A DNA stretch of 64,000 bases from Gammaproteobacteria bacterium (GTDB lineage: Bacteria; Pseudomonadota; Gammaproteobacteria; Steroidobacterales; Foliamicaceae): NCBI GenBank assembly GCA_965116895.1, contig OZ220729.1, positions 1,882,122 to 1,946,121 of the forward strand. Reading direction: 5' to 3'. Made by a program: the position numbers and the translations under genes. A model generated the notes under the pieces. The model had not been told where the DNA came from and did no database searches. It worked only from the letters and a program-made list of their open reading frames with translations. Below are positions 1-9,654 of this stretch, piece by piece (the first letter of the stretch is position 1; each line of letters begins with the position of its first letter).

Positions 1-834
1 ACCCGCAGCCTGGTGACTGCCCTGCGGCGCCCGGAAGTGCGGGGCCAGTGGGGTGAAATGCAACTGCGGCGGCTGGTTGAGATCGCGGGCATGCAGGAGC
101 ATTGCGATTTCGTCGAACAGCCGCAGGGCCCGGAGGGCAGGACCCGGCCCGACATGATTGTCCGGCTGCCCGACGGCGGCCAGCTGGTGGTGGACGCCAA
201 GACGCCTCTGGACGCTTACCTGAGCGCGGTGGAAGCCGACGACGAGGACGCGCGCGCGGCCCTGCTGGCCCAGCACGCCGTCAACGTGGAGGAACAGGTC
301 AAGCGGCTGGCGTCCAAGGAATACTGGGACCAGTTCGAACGCAGCCCGGACTTCGTGGTGATGTTCGTGCCCGGCGACCATTTCCTGGCGGCCGCCGGCG
401 ACCAGCGGCCGGACCTGCTGGAGAAAGCTCTGCGCGCACGCGTGATCCTGGCCACGCCCACCTCGATGATGGCGCTGCTGCGGGTCACGGCCTACGGCTG
501 GCGGCAACTGGCCCTGGCCGAGAACGCCGAGGAAATCTCACGACTGGCCGCAACGCTTCATGAGCGCGTGGCGGTCTTCAGCGGCCACGTCGGACGGCTG
601 GGCAATCAGCTCAATACCGCAATCGGCACCTATAACAGCGCCGTAAGTTCGTTCAAGAGCCGCTTTCTCCCTGCGCTGGACAGAATGAACAAGGCCGGCG
701 TCGAGAAGACCCGGGAAATCGAGGCGCCGGAAGAAGTGGCCACGGCCGCCACGCCGCTGCTGGCGAACGAAAGCTCGCCGGAAGCGGCCTCCGAATCCGA
801 GTCCCCGAAGGAGCCCGTCACGAAACCCCACTAA
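1..834 (+). CDS. rmuC: DNA recombination protein RmuC, C-terminal part (5' end lies outside the window)
   Basis: Frame 1 is open from base 1; the track ORF 13..834 starts at an internal GTG. RmuC-like core (RGQWGEMQLRRLVE, VVDAKTPLDAY, VVMFVPGD) followed by an acidic/Ser-Pro low-complexity tail. Confidence 0.8.
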   Translation, partial: TRSLVTALRRPEVRGQWGEMQLRRLVEIAGMQEHCDFVEQPQGPEGRTRPDMIVRLPDGGQLVVDAKTPLDAYLSAVEADDEDARAALLAQHAVNVEEQVKRLASKEYWDQFERSPDFVVMFVPGDHFLAAAGDQRPDLLEKALRARVILATPTSMMALLRVTAYGWRQLALAENAEEISRLAATLHERVAVFSGHVGRLGNQLNTAIGTYNSAVSSFKSRFLPALDRMNKAGVEKTREIEAPEEVATAATPLLANESSPEAASESESPKEPVTKPH

Positions 835-1613
835 CCCCGGGAGCGAGGACTCGGCTGGGAGCGAGGACGTCTCGTCCTCGCGGAGGGCGGGACGCCCTCG
901 CCTCCAGCGACCAGGTGCTTGGGGTCGATTTCGCGCCACTGGCCGCGGGGCAGGTCGCGCGGCAGGCGCACGGGGCCGTAGCGGACCCGGATCAGGCGGC
1001 TTACCGCATGCCCCTGCGAGCTCCAGAGACGGCGCACCACGCGGTGGCGGCCTTCGCTGAGCGTCGCGCGGTACCAGCGATTGGCCCCGCTGCCGCGCTG
1101 CTCGACCAGCGCGTCGAACCGCGCGGGACCATCTTCGAGCACGACGCCCTCGGTCAGGCGGCGCAACGCCTGCGCGCCCGGCTGGCCCAGGACCCGCACC
1201 AGGTATTCGCGTTCCACTCCGAAGGAGGGATGCATCAGCCGGTGGGCCAGTCCGCCGTCGGTGGTCAGAATCAACAGTCCGCTGGAGTTCAGGTCGAGGC
1301 GGCCGACCGCTACCCAGCGCCGGCCCTTGAGCCGCGGCAGTGCGGCGAATACGGTCGGATGCCGGGCGCGGCTGTCGCGCGTGACGAGCTCGCCCTCCGG
1401 TTTGTTGTATGCGATGACCCGGTGCGCCCCGAGATTGCCTCGCGGCAGCTGCAATATCCGCCCGTCCAGGCGAAACTTCTCGCTGCCGTCAACCTTGAGT
1501 CCCGGCTCTGCCCGGCGCCCGTTGACGCTGAGCCGCCCTGCCGCGATCCAGGCCTCCACTTCGCGGCGGGAGGCCACGCCGGCCGCCGCCAGGTACTTCT
1601 GGACCCGAATCAA
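831..1613 (-). CDS. rluB: 23S rRNA pseudouridine synthase, RluB-like
   Basis: S4 domain at the N-terminus (VQKYLAAAGVASRREVE..GRLSVNG), catalytic motif VGRLDLNSSGLLILTTDG, Arg/Pro-rich C-tail. Start is TTG at 1613, overlapping the scpB stop (TTGA). Confidence 0.85.
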   Translation of the reverse strand: MIRVQKYLAAAGVASRREVEAWIAAGRLSVNGRRAEPGLKVDGSEKFRLDGRILQLPRGNLGAHRVIAYNKPEGELVTRDSRARHPTVFAALPRLKGRRWVAVGRLDLNSSGLLILTTDGGLAHRLMHPSFGVEREYLVRVLGQPGAQALRRLTEGVVLEDGPARFDALVEQRGSGANRWYRATLSEGRHRVVRRLWSSQGHAVSRLIRVRYGPVRLPRDLPRGQWREIDPKHLVAGGEGVPPSARTRRPRSQPSPRSRG

Positions 1614-2263
1614 TCGGGGACTGGGTTGGCTTCGACGGAATCGGGGCCGGCGTCGAAGAGGCCCGCGCCCTGCTCGCCGGCGCCGTCGGCGGCATCGGGA
1701 GACCCGCTGCCCGGAGGAGCGGCGGCGGGAGCATCGTCCGGGGACGCGAATTCGCCGGCCGAGGGCAGATCGTCAAGGCGCTTGAGTCCGAAATAGTCCA
1801 TGAAATCCTTCGTCGTGCCGTAAAGCGCCGGCCGGCCCGGGGTTTCGCGGTGGCCCACCACCTCGATCCAGTTGCGCTCCATGAGCGTGCGCATGATGTG
1901 GCCGCTCAGGCGCACGCCGCGCAATTCCTCGATTTCCGCCCGGGTGATCGGCTGCCGGTAGGCGATGGCCGCCAGGCTCTCCAGCAGCGCGCGGGAAAAC
2001 CTCGGCGGACGGAACCGTTCCAGCTTCGCCAGCCGCTCCGCGGCCGCGCTGCCCGTCTGCACCCGCCAGCCTCCGGCCACTTCCGTGATTTCGATCTCCC
2101 GGCCGGCATAGTCCCGCTCCAGGTCGCCGAGGGCCTTGAGCACATCGTCTTCGCCTACTTTCTCCAGCGGATCGAACAGGTTCAGAAGCTGCGTCATGCT
2201 GAGGGGCCGTCCCGCCCCCAGCAACGCCGCCTCGACCAGGTTGCGCGTATCCGGTGCGTTCAC
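1610..2263 (-). CDS. scpB: Segregation and condensation protein B
   Basis: ScpB-like N-terminus (LVEAALLGAGRPLSMTQL) and winged-helix segment (YRQPITRAEIEELRGV). GTG start overlaps the scpA stop (GTGA). Confidence 0.85.
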   Translation of the reverse strand: MNAPDTRNLVEAALLGAGRPLSMTQLLNLFDPLEKVGEDDVLKALGDLERDYAGREIEITEVAGGWRVQTGSAAAERLAKLERFRPPRFSRALLESLAAIAYRQPITRAEIEELRGVRLSGHIMRTLMERNWIEVVGHRETPGRPALYGTTKDFMDYFGLKRLDDLPSAGEFASPDDAPAAAPPGSGSPDAADGAGEQGAGLFDAGPDSVEANPVPD

Positions 2264-3090
2264 TTGGCGGCGTCCCTGCCTTGGCCGGGACCGCTGACGT
2301 AGATCGGCGCGAACGGTTCATTCTGGACGGCCTGCAGGCCGTTGTCGCGTACCAGTTCCAGCAGCGCCGAAAAGGTAACGGCCGCTCCCATGCGCCCCTC
2401 CGACGGATCGAACAGTTCAGTGAACTCGGTGAACTCGCTGCCCGAGACTTGCTTGAGAATGTCCGACATGCGCTCACGAATGGAAAGCTGTTCGGTCTGC
2501 ACCGCCCACCCCCCGCTGAAGCGCACCCGCTCGATCACGCGGGCGTAGGCCAGCGCCAGCTCGTTGAGCGTCGCCTGGGGCAGTTCGCGCGGCCGCTGGT
2601 CCTCTAGCGCGTCCACACTGGCCTGAAACGCGTCGCGCTCCTGGCGGGGAAGCTCTTCCAGCCCGGCAGCCAGCTGCTTGAGCCGCTCGTATTCCAGCAG
2701 GCGCTCGAAAAGTTTCGCCCGCGGGTCCTCCTCGTCCTCTTCCTCCAGCGGCAGTTGCGGCACCAGCATGCGGGACTTGATCTCCGCCAGGGTGGCGGCC
2801 ATGACGAGGTACTCGCCGGCCAGTTCCAGCTCCATCTCCTGCATCAGTTCGATGTACTGGGCGTATTGCTCGCAGATGTCGGTGATCGGAACGTCCATGA
2901 CGTCCAGGTCATGGCGGCGGATCAGGTACAGCAGCAGGTCCAGCGGTCCCTCGAAGGACTGGAGGAACACGCGCAGCGCCTCCGGCGGTATGAAAAGGTC
3001 GGCGGGCGCCTCCACGTACGGCTCGCCCGAGACGACCGCCAGGCTTGCCGCGGCGGCGGGCTCCTCAAACAGTTGGTGCTTGTCGGCCAT
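2260..3090 (-). CDS. scpA: Segregation and condensation protein A (kleisin)
   Basis: 276 aa with the ScpA hallmark FEGPLDLLLYLIRRHDLDVMDVPI. ATG at 3090. Confidence 0.85.
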   Translation of the reverse strand: MADKHQLFEEPAAAASLAVVSGEPYVEAPADLFIPPEALRVFLQSFEGPLDLLLYLIRRHDLDVMDVPITDICEQYAQYIELMQEMELELAGEYLVMAATLAEIKSRMLVPQLPLEEEDEEDPRAKLFERLLEYERLKQLAAGLEELPRQERDAFQASVDALEDQRPRELPQATLNELALAYARVIERVRFSGGWAVQTEQLSIRERMSDILKQVSGSEFTEFTELFDPSEGRMGAAVTFSALLELVRDNGLQAVQNEPFAPIYVSGPGQGRDAAK

Positions 3091-3096
3091 TGTCGA

Positions 3097-4149
3097 TCAG
3101 TCGGACTCTACTACTATTTTAGGGAATGCCGTCTTCGCTCCGCGGGCCCTGCCCGCCAGGCGCGCGGCCGCCGCCCTGGAAAGCGACCGGTAGTCGCCCC
3201 CTTCGTCCGGTTCCGACGGCGCCACCAGCCGCCCGTCGTCGGTAGCCGCGCGCACGCCCGCCGACAACGGCAGTTGCGCCAGCAGCGGCAAGTCGAATTC
3301 GCCGGCAAGCCGCGCGCCGCCCTCCTCGCCGAACAGCGCTTCGGCATGGCCGCAATGCGGACAGACATAGGCGCTCATGTTCTCCACCACGCCCAGCACC
3401 GGCACGTTCACCTTGCGGAACATGGCGATGCCCTTGCGCGCGTCGGCCACCGCCAGTTCCTGCGGCGTGGTCACGACCACCGCGCCGGCCAGCGGCACGC
3501 GCTGCGAAAGCGTCAGCTGGATGTCGCCGGTGCCCGGCGGCATGTCCACGATGAGGTAATCCAGGTCCTTCCAGCGCGTCTGGCCAAGCAGCTGCATGAG
3601 CGCCTGCGTCACCATCGGGCCGCGCCACACCACCGGGCTGCGGGTATCGACCAGGAAGCCGATGGAACTGGCCTGCAGGCCGTGCGCCCGCAGGGGCTCG
3701 AAGCTCTTGCCGTCGGCGCTGCGCGGCCGTTCGCCCTCCAGGCCCAGCATCCGCGGCACGCTGGGACCGTAAATGTCCGCATCGAGGATTCCGACGGCGG
3801 CGCCGTCCATCGCCAGCCCCACGGCCAGGTTCGCCGCCACGGTGGACTTGCCCACGCCGCCCTTGGCCGAGGCTACCGCGATGATGTTCCTGACCTGCTC
3901 GAGCCTCTGCACCTGCGGCGGCACCGCGTGCGCGGCGATCTCCGTGCGAACCACCACCTCTTCCGCGGACGTGACTTCACGGACCCGTGCGTTCAACTCT
4001 TCCACGAACCCGTCGCAGGGAAAACCCACGGTCAACTCGACGGCGCGGCCTCCGTTGCTCGCGCGAACGCGGCCCCCGGCCTCGCCCAGCGTCAAGCCGC
4101 CGAACGGAGCCTCCACCCCCAAAACCGCCGTTTCCAGGTCCTTAGACAC
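3097..4149 (-). CDS. apbC: Fe-S cluster carrier ATPase Mrp/ApbC
   Basis: Only the last 350 codons of track ORF 3097..4578 look real. GTG at 4149 is preceded by GGAGAA. Motifs AVASAKGGVGKSTVAANLA, DADIYGPS, CPHCG. The upstream extension is antisense to the neighbouring transporter gene. Confidence 0.85.
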   Translation of the reverse strand: MSKDLETAVLGVEAPFGGLTLGEAGGRVRASNGGRAVELTVGFPCDGFVEELNARVREVTSAEEVVVRTEIAAHAVPPQVQRLEQVRNIIAVASAKGGVGKSTVAANLAVGLAMDGAAVGILDADIYGPSVPRMLGLEGERPRSADGKSFEPLRAHGLQASSIGFLVDTRSPVVWRGPMVTQALMQLLGQTRWKDLDYLIVDMPPGTGDIQLTLSQRVPLAGAVVVTTPQELAVADARKGIAMFRKVNVPVLGVVENMSAYVCPHCGHAEALFGEEGGARLAGEFDLPLLAQLPLSAGVRAATDDGRLVAPSEPDEGGDYRSLSRAAAARLAGRARGAKTAFPKIVVESD

Positions 4150-4234
4150 GTGTTCTCCCGAAGAATTGACCTGATTGTAAGTGCCCAACGGCAGGCAAGC
4201 CGCTAGACTGCCGGTAGATTTGCAGGACAACGCA

Positions 4235-5641
4235 ATGAAAGACAGGCATTCGCCGCCGTGCGATTCCGCTCGCGCCGAAGGCGCTCTCCCACGGAGCCTG
4301 CGCATGAACTTCGGCGCCGGCGCAATGGGCATGGCCGTGATCCTGAACACCATGGGCGGCGTCTTCGCCCCGTTCATGACCAACTTCCTGGGGATAGGCG
4401 CGGGAGCGGCGGCCACGCTGCTGCTGGTCTCGAAGCTGTACGACATGGTGACCGACCCCCTGATGGGCGTCGTCAGCGACCGGACGACCACGCGGTGGGG
4501 CCGCCGGCGCCCGTTTCTGCTGCTGGGCGGCGCCATCAGCGCGATCGGGCTCGTACTGGTCTTCAATCCTCCGGACATTGCCGATCAGGCGTGGCTCATC
4601 GCCTATGTGCTGGGATCCCTGCTGGTCACCTATACCGGCTACACGGTTTTCAATATTCCGTACATGGCCATGCCCGCGGAGATGACCGACAGCTACCACG
4701 AACGCACGACGCTGATGTCGCATCGGGTCGTGTTCCTCAATATCGGCGCGCTGATCGCGGTGTCCGCGTTTGCGATAGTCGAATGGCTGGGAAACGATCG
4801 GGCCGCTCACGGAACCATGGCATGGGCGTTCGCGACGCTCATTTTTCTGGGTTCGGCCTATTGCTTCTTCGGCACGGCGCCAGCGCGACAGACTATCCAG
4901 AAGGAGCATGCCTATTCGCTCGGGACGCAAATCCGGAGCGCCTTGACGAACAGGCCGCTGGTGCTCCTGCTTGGGGCCAAGTTCTGCCAGTTGCTGGGGG
5001 TGTCGCTCTCGAGCGCAACGGGCGTGTACTTCAAGGTCGTGATCCTCGGGCTCAGCTACCAGCTCACGACGTTGTATCTCTATACCAGCAGCGTCGTGAT
5101 CATTGCGTTCATTCCCGTCTGGAACATGGCTTCCCGCAGGTACGGAAAGCGGCTGACCTACATGGCGGCCAGCGCCGGCTACGCGCTGGTGACGCTGACC
5201 TGGCTGCTGGCCACGGCGGACGATCCCCTCTCGTACGTGTTCATCCGGGCGGTACTGCTCGGCATCTGCGCCAGCGGCATTCTGGTCCTGGGCGCGGCGC
5301 TGCTGCCGGACGCCGTCGAGTACGACTACCTCAAGACCGGGATGCGCCGCGAAGGCACGCTGTCCTCGTTCTATTCGACCGTGGAAAAGCTGGCGTTTGC
5401 GGTCGGCCCGGCGCTGGCGCTGTATTTCCTTAGCTGGTTCGGCTACCAGGCGGGAACGGAAGGCATGCGGATCGAACAGCCGCAAAGCGCCATCATCGCG
5501 ATCTATATCGGCGCGGGCCTGACGCCGGCCGCGCTGTACGGGCTGAGCCTCGTGTTTCTGTTCAAGTACGACCTTTCGGAAGACAGGCTCAAGGCGCTGC
5601 GCGGCCGCTCTCCGGACACCGTGCCCGGGCCGAGCGGCTAA
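4235..5641 (+). CDS. MFS transporter, glycoside-pentoside-hexuronide (GPH) cation symporter family, copy 1
   Basis: ATG at 4235, in frame within track ORF 4181..5641. GPH signature SKLYDMVTDPLMGVVSDRTTTRWGRRRPFLLLGG. Multiple hydrophobic spans and the ALLPDAVEYDYLKTGMRREG loop. Confidence 0.8.
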   Translation: MKDRHSPPCDSARAEGALPRSLRMNFGAGAMGMAVILNTMGGVFAPFMTNFLGIGAGAAATLLLVSKLYDMVTDPLMGVVSDRTTTRWGRRRPFLLLGGAISAIGLVLVFNPPDIADQAWLIAYVLGSLLVTYTGYTVFNIPYMAMPAEMTDSYHERTTLMSHRVVFLNIGALIAVSAFAIVEWLGNDRAAHGTMAWAFATLIFLGSAYCFFGTAPARQTIQKEHAYSLGTQIRSALTNRPLVLLLGAKFCQLLGVSLSSATGVYFKVVILGLSYQLTTLYLYTSSVVIIAFIPVWNMASRRYGKRLTYMAASAGYALVTLTWLLATADDPLSYVFIRAVLLGICASGILVLGAALLPDAVEYDYLKTGMRREGTLSSFYSTVEKLAFAVGPALALYFLSWFGYQAGTEGMRIEQPQSAIIAIYIGAGLTPAALYGLSLVFLFKYDLSEDRLKALRGRSPDTVPGPSG

Positions 5642-5668
5642 ACTGCCCTTCGCATTCGAGGGAGTCCC

Positions 5669-7081
5669 ATGGAAAACCGGAAAGACGCAAGCCCGTCGCA
5701 CGCGCCTGAAGCGACGGGAGCGGGAGAGGCAGTCTCAAGAGCACTGCGCATCAACTTCGGCGCCGGAGCGCTGGGCATGGCGATCGTACTGAACACGCTG
5801 GCCGGCATTCTTGCGCCGTTCATGACCAACTTTCTGGGCATCGGCGCCGCAACGGTGGCGGCGCTGCTGCTGGCCTCCAAGCTCTACGACATGGTGACGG
5901 ACCCGCTCATGGGCGTACTCAGCGACCGCACCCGAACCCGCTGGGGCCGCCGCCGCCCCTTCCTTTTTCTCGGCGGCATCGTGACCGCCGCGGGCTTCTT
6001 CCTGATCTTCAATCCGCCGCAGCTGGACCATAGCCCCGCCCTGCTCAACGCCTGGGTGCTGGGCGCGCTGCTGCTGACCTACACCGGCTACACGCTGTTC
6101 AACATTCCCTACCTGGCCATGCCCGCCGAGATGACCACCCACTATCACGAACGCACGGCGCTGATGTCGTGGCGCACCGTGTTCATCAACGTGGGCGCGC
6201 TGCTTGCGTTTTTTTCGTTTGCCCTCGTGGAATGGCTGGGCAACGATCGCCAGGCGCACGGCGCCATGGGGCTGATCTACGCCGCGCTGATTGCAGGTGG
6301 CTCAATCTACTGCTTCTTCGGCCTCGCCTCAGCCCGCCAGACCACCGCCGCGCCGCGCGCGAAAACGCCTTCGATCCGGCGCCAGGTCCGCACCATCGCG
6401 GCGAACCGGCCGCTGATGAGCCTGCTGGGCGCCAAGCTGTGCCAACTCCTGGGGCTTGCGGCGTCCGGCGCGGCAGGCGTTTATTTCAAGGTCGTCATTC
6501 TCAAGATGAGTTACACGCAAACGACCTGGTTCCTGGTGGTGAACGTCGCCGTGATCCTGGCCGCCATCCCTCTGTGGAACCGCGTGTCGCGCAGGCACGG
6601 CAAACGGCTCACGTACATGATCGCAACCGGGTGCTTCGCCCTGACTGCCTCCACCTGGCTGCTGGCCACTGCCGCCGATCCGCTGTCGTACATCTTTGCG
6701 CGGGCCGTCTTCCTCGGCTTTTTCGCCAGCGGCGTGATCATAATGGGCGCCGCGCTTCTGCCCGACGCCGTCGAGTATGACTACATCAAAACGGGAATGC
6801 GGCGCGAAGCCACGATGTCCGCGTTCTACGCCACGGTCGAAAAACTGGCGTTCGCCGCCGGCCCGGCCCTGGCGCTGTTGATGCTGAGCGCATTCGGCTA
6901 CCAGTCCGGCACCGAGGGCATGCAGATCGAACAGCCGGAAAGCGCGATCAACGCCATTTACGTGACCGCGGGGCTGGCCCCGGCGCTGCTTTACGGGATG
7001 AGCCTCATATTCCTGGCCAACTACGACCTGACGGAAGAAAAACTCAAGTCGGCGCGCGCCGCAAGCGCCGCGGCCGGCTGA
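5669..7081 (+). CDS. MFS transporter, GPH symporter family, copy 2 (tandem paralog)
   Basis: ATG at 5669 with GAGGGAG upstream. Collinear with copy 1 along its whole length (SKLYDMVTDPLMGVLSDRTRTRWGRRRPFLFLGG; ALLPDAVEYDYIKTGMRREA). Confidence 0.8.
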   Translation: MENRKDASPSHAPEATGAGEAVSRALRINFGAGALGMAIVLNTLAGILAPFMTNFLGIGAATVAALLLASKLYDMVTDPLMGVLSDRTRTRWGRRRPFLFLGGIVTAAGFFLIFNPPQLDHSPALLNAWVLGALLLTYTGYTLFNIPYLAMPAEMTTHYHERTALMSWRTVFINVGALLAFFSFALVEWLGNDRQAHGAMGLIYAALIAGGSIYCFFGLASARQTTAAPRAKTPSIRRQVRTIAANRPLMSLLGAKLCQLLGLAASGAAGVYFKVVILKMSYTQTTWFLVVNVAVILAAIPLWNRVSRRHGKRLTYMIATGCFALTASTWLLATAADPLSYIFARAVFLGFFASGVIIMGAALLPDAVEYDYIKTGMRREATMSAFYATVEKLAFAAGPALALLMLSAFGYQSGTEGMQIEQPESAINAIYVTAGLAPALLYGMSLIFLANYDLTEEKLKSARAASAAAG

Positions 7082-7115
7082 GCGAAGCGCCTCAGGGACA
7101 TCTGGTAAGATCGAA

Positions 7116-7134
7116 GGCCGACGCTTCGTCGGCC
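7116..7134 (+). terminator. Short GC hairpin after the second GPH gene (possible weak terminator or attenuator)
   Basis: ggccgac-gcttc-gtcggcc: a perfect 7-bp stem 35 nt after the stop at 7081. No clear U-tract follows. Confidence 0.25.
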
Positions 7135-7237
7135 CTGGGATCGCGGGACAAGGGGGCCTGACCATGCGGAAACGCAAGCGAACTCAATCACAAAGGCCGC
7201 TGTTCCCGCGGCCGGACTGTCCCGTCCGGAGATTCTT

Positions 7238-9643
7238 ATGAAATTGCCCGCAGCAAATCTGGCTGCGACGGCCACGTTGCTGGCGCTGTTGCCATTCGGA
7301 GCCATCCAGACCCCGGCACTTGCCCAGGAGGCGGTGCTTGAAGAGATCATCGTCACGGCGCGCAAGCGCGAAGAGAATCTGTTCGACATCCCGGTCGCGA
7401 TCACCGCCATTACAGGAGAGCAGATCGAGAATCTCGGTCTCAACGACCTGCAGGACGTGGCGAAGATCGTGCCCGGCCTGACCTTCGACCGCTCGGTCAC
7501 GCAGAATGATTACGCGCCGGCCCTGCGCGGCCTGCAGGCGGAACAGGGCCGCAACAGCGTTGGCCTGCTGATCGACGACATCGATATTTCATCGCAGAAC
7601 GTGCAGGTGGCCGGCGGCGGCAGCCTGGCGCGCCTGCGGCTGGTGGACGTCGAGCGGATCGAGGTCGTAAAGGGGCCGCAGGCGGCCCTCTACGGCCGCT
7701 CCGCATTCGGCGGCGCGGTGAACTACATCACCAAGCGCCCCAGCCTGGACGAATACGATCTGAAGGCCGGGTTAGACGTGCACAGCGAGTCCGGCCACGA
7801 AATTACCGTCTCCGGCGGGGCGCCTGTGATCGAAGACGCGTTCGGCGTGCGGGTCAACGCCTACTACTTCGACGAGCGGGGCTCGTACAAGAACACGGTT
7901 TCCGACGCCTATGTGGGCGGCGGCGACGGGATGGGCATTTCGGCTGCATTCCTGCTCCAGGCAAACGAGAACTTTTCCGTTTACGGGCGGCTGGAATACT
8001 CCGACGAGAGCTACGCGCCACAGGCCGCGTTCGTGATCAACGGCAATACCGACGTAACTCTGGTCGACGGCGCCGAAATCGTACTCAACAGGCCCACCAC
8101 AAGAATCTTTTCCGGACCGCTTGTGGACGGTCCGATCAGGTTCGACATCAATCACCGCACCGGCGAGGACTACAAGGGCATGGACGTCGAGTATTTCCGC
8201 GCCACGGTCATCGCCGACTGGGACGCCGGCGACTTCGGGCTCAAGTCGCTGACCAGTTGGGTGGACTCGAACGACGACATCTTCCAGGACAACGATTTCG
8301 TCAGCGGGTCGGTGAACGGCATGGTGGTCGGCGCATTCCAGGAAACGGAACGGATCAATGACACGGTGCAGTTCAGCCAGGAGGTCCGGATCTTCTCGCA
8401 GGCGGACAGCCGTTTCCAGTGGCTCCTGGGGGCCTTGTACTGGAAGGAAGACGTGGACCAGTTCGGCAGCAACGACACCGGCCTGGCGCTCGGGCCCATC
8501 CTCGATTCCGACGTCCACGCCTTCTACGACACGCGCGACGGTGAGGGCCGCAACGTCAGCCGCTACACGGACCACCAGTCGGTTTTTGCCTGGTCGGAGT
8601 ATGCGCTTACCGAGCAACTGTTCGTTTCCGCCGAAGTCCGCTACACGGACGAGGAGATACAGCACATACTGGACTTCGATCCGCCGTTCAATTTCTTCTT
8701 CGGCGTGATCTCGCTCGGTGGCGTAGCGCCGCCGATACTGAGTTCGTTTGGCCAGGTCACCGGCATTCACTCCGAGACAATCACCGAGAAGTACACGATC
8801 CCCCGGGTCGCGCTAAGCTACCGGCCCGACGACAATCTGAACCTGTACGGGGCCATCGGAAAGGGCGTCAAGCCTTCCGGCTTCCAGGACGGCGCGGTGT
8901 TCTCGCTCGACAGGCCCTTCGACCGTGAATCGCTGTGGTCGTATGAAGTGGGCGCCAAGGCCCTGCTGATGGGCGGCGCGCTGGCCGTCAACACGGCCGC
9001 CTTTTTCCAGGACTACACGGACCAGCAGGTCTCCTCGCAGATCTTCAATGAAGAGGCGCAGCAGTTGCAGCCGGTGATCGAGAATGCCGGCAAATCGACG
9101 GTCTGGGGGCTTGAGTTCGAGGCGAACTGGCGAGCTTCGGAAGAATTGACCCTGTCCGGCGCCTACACCTACATCAACGGGGAGTTCGACAATTTCCGGG
9201 TGGTTTCCACCAGCGCATCGAGGATCGGCGAGAGCGGCTGCGGCGAATTCCTGGACTTCGCCCGGCCCGCCTGTCTCCTGATCAAGGACGGCAATCGGCC
9301 GGCGGACCTGCCCGAGCATCAGCTGAATCTCAACGGCAACTACACCGCCAGCCTTAACGGCAACTGGGACTGGTTTACCGACTTGAGCGCACGCTACACG
9401 TCCGAGCGCTTCGTTTCTTCCGCCAATGTAGCCACGCAAGACGCTTACTGGCGGGTAGACGGCCAGCTCGGGGTCCGCAGCGAGAGCATGCGCGCCGCGC
9501 TTTACGTGGACAACCTGCTGGATGACGACACCGTCACCGACGGCAATCTATACGTGGACTTCTTCAACGGGTTCGCGCCGTCCGGCTTCGGCTACCGTCC
9601 GATCCCGCGAACAGTGGGTCTGCGGGTGAGCTACAGCATGTAG
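7238..9643 (+). CDS. TonB-dependent receptor (TBDR-1)
   Basis: Signal peptide (LLALLPFGAIQTPALAQE), TonB-box/plug region (LEEIIVTARKREENLFDIPVAITAITGEQI), and a long beta-barrel with alternating aromatic/Gly pattern. Confidence 0.85.
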   Translation: MKLPAANLAATATLLALLPFGAIQTPALAQEAVLEEIIVTARKREENLFDIPVAITAITGEQIENLGLNDLQDVAKIVPGLTFDRSVTQNDYAPALRGLQAEQGRNSVGLLIDDIDISSQNVQVAGGGSLARLRLVDVERIEVVKGPQAALYGRSAFGGAVNYITKRPSLDEYDLKAGLDVHSESGHEITVSGGAPVIEDAFGVRVNAYYFDERGSYKNTVSDAYVGGGDGMGISAAFLLQANENFSVYGRLEYSDESYAPQAAFVINGNTDVTLVDGAEIVLNRPTTRIFSGPLVDGPIRFDINHRTGEDYKGMDVEYFRATVIADWDAGDFGLKSLTSWVDSNDDIFQDNDFVSGSVNGMVVGAFQETERINDTVQFSQEVRIFSQADSRFQWLLGALYWKEDVDQFGSNDTGLALGPILDSDVHAFYDTRDGEGRNVSRYTDHQSVFAWSEYALTEQLFVSAEVRYTDEEIQHILDFDPPFNFFFGVISLGGVAPPILSSFGQVTGIHSETITEKYTIPRVALSYRPDDNLNLYGAIGKGVKPSGFQDGAVFSLDRPFDRESLWSYEVGAKALLMGGALAVNTAAFFQDYTDQQVSSQIFNEEAQQLQPVIENAGKSTVWGLEFEANWRASEELTLSGAYTYINGEFDNFRVVSTSASRIGESGCGEFLDFARPACLLIKDGNRPADLPEHQLNLNGNYTASLNGNWDWFTDLSARYTSERFVSSANVATQDAYWRVDGQLGVRSESMRAALYVDNLLDDDTVTDGNLYVDFFNGFAPSGFGYRPIPRTVGLRVSYSM

Positions 9644-9654
9644 CGATCCTCGAC

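Noticed and set aside
4150-4578. 5' extensions of several track ORFs beyond the biologically plausible start. Examples: 3097..4578, 31452..33374, 52113..53903, 23784..24647, 35503..36750, 36387..37592, 36992..39160, 44956..46614, 47143..48048 and 17329..17916.
   Set aside because: In each case the extension overlaps the preceding gene in another frame and lacks homology-like sequence. An internal ATG/GTG/TTG placed at or near the upstream stop (often an ATGA/GTGA/TTGA junction, sometimes with a Shine-Dalgarno sequence) gives a protein of normal family length.
4142-5701. 519-aa minus-strand ORF. Similar long antisense ORFs occur at 2755-4206(+), 12101-13414(-), 13402-14880(-), 15435-17000(-), 24832-26283(+), 34235-36043(-), 35803-36747(-), 44723-45982(-), 45475-46821(-), 54407-56035(+) and 58518-60011(+).
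   Set aside because: Each lies opposite a gene with strong family motifs. Each has the Arg/Gly/Pro/Ala/His-rich, low-complexity composition expected when a high-GC3 gene is read on the complementary strand.
7212-7229. Short 6-bp hairpins near ribosome-binding sites or in intergenic regions. Examples: ccggac-tgtccc-gtccgg, which overlaps the TBDR-1 SD sequence; 44613-44629; and the 40699-40708 palindrome ccccatgggg.
   Set aside because: Stems of 5-7 bp are expected by chance in DNA this GC-rich. There is no supporting U-tract or repetition, so I did not report them as regulatory features.
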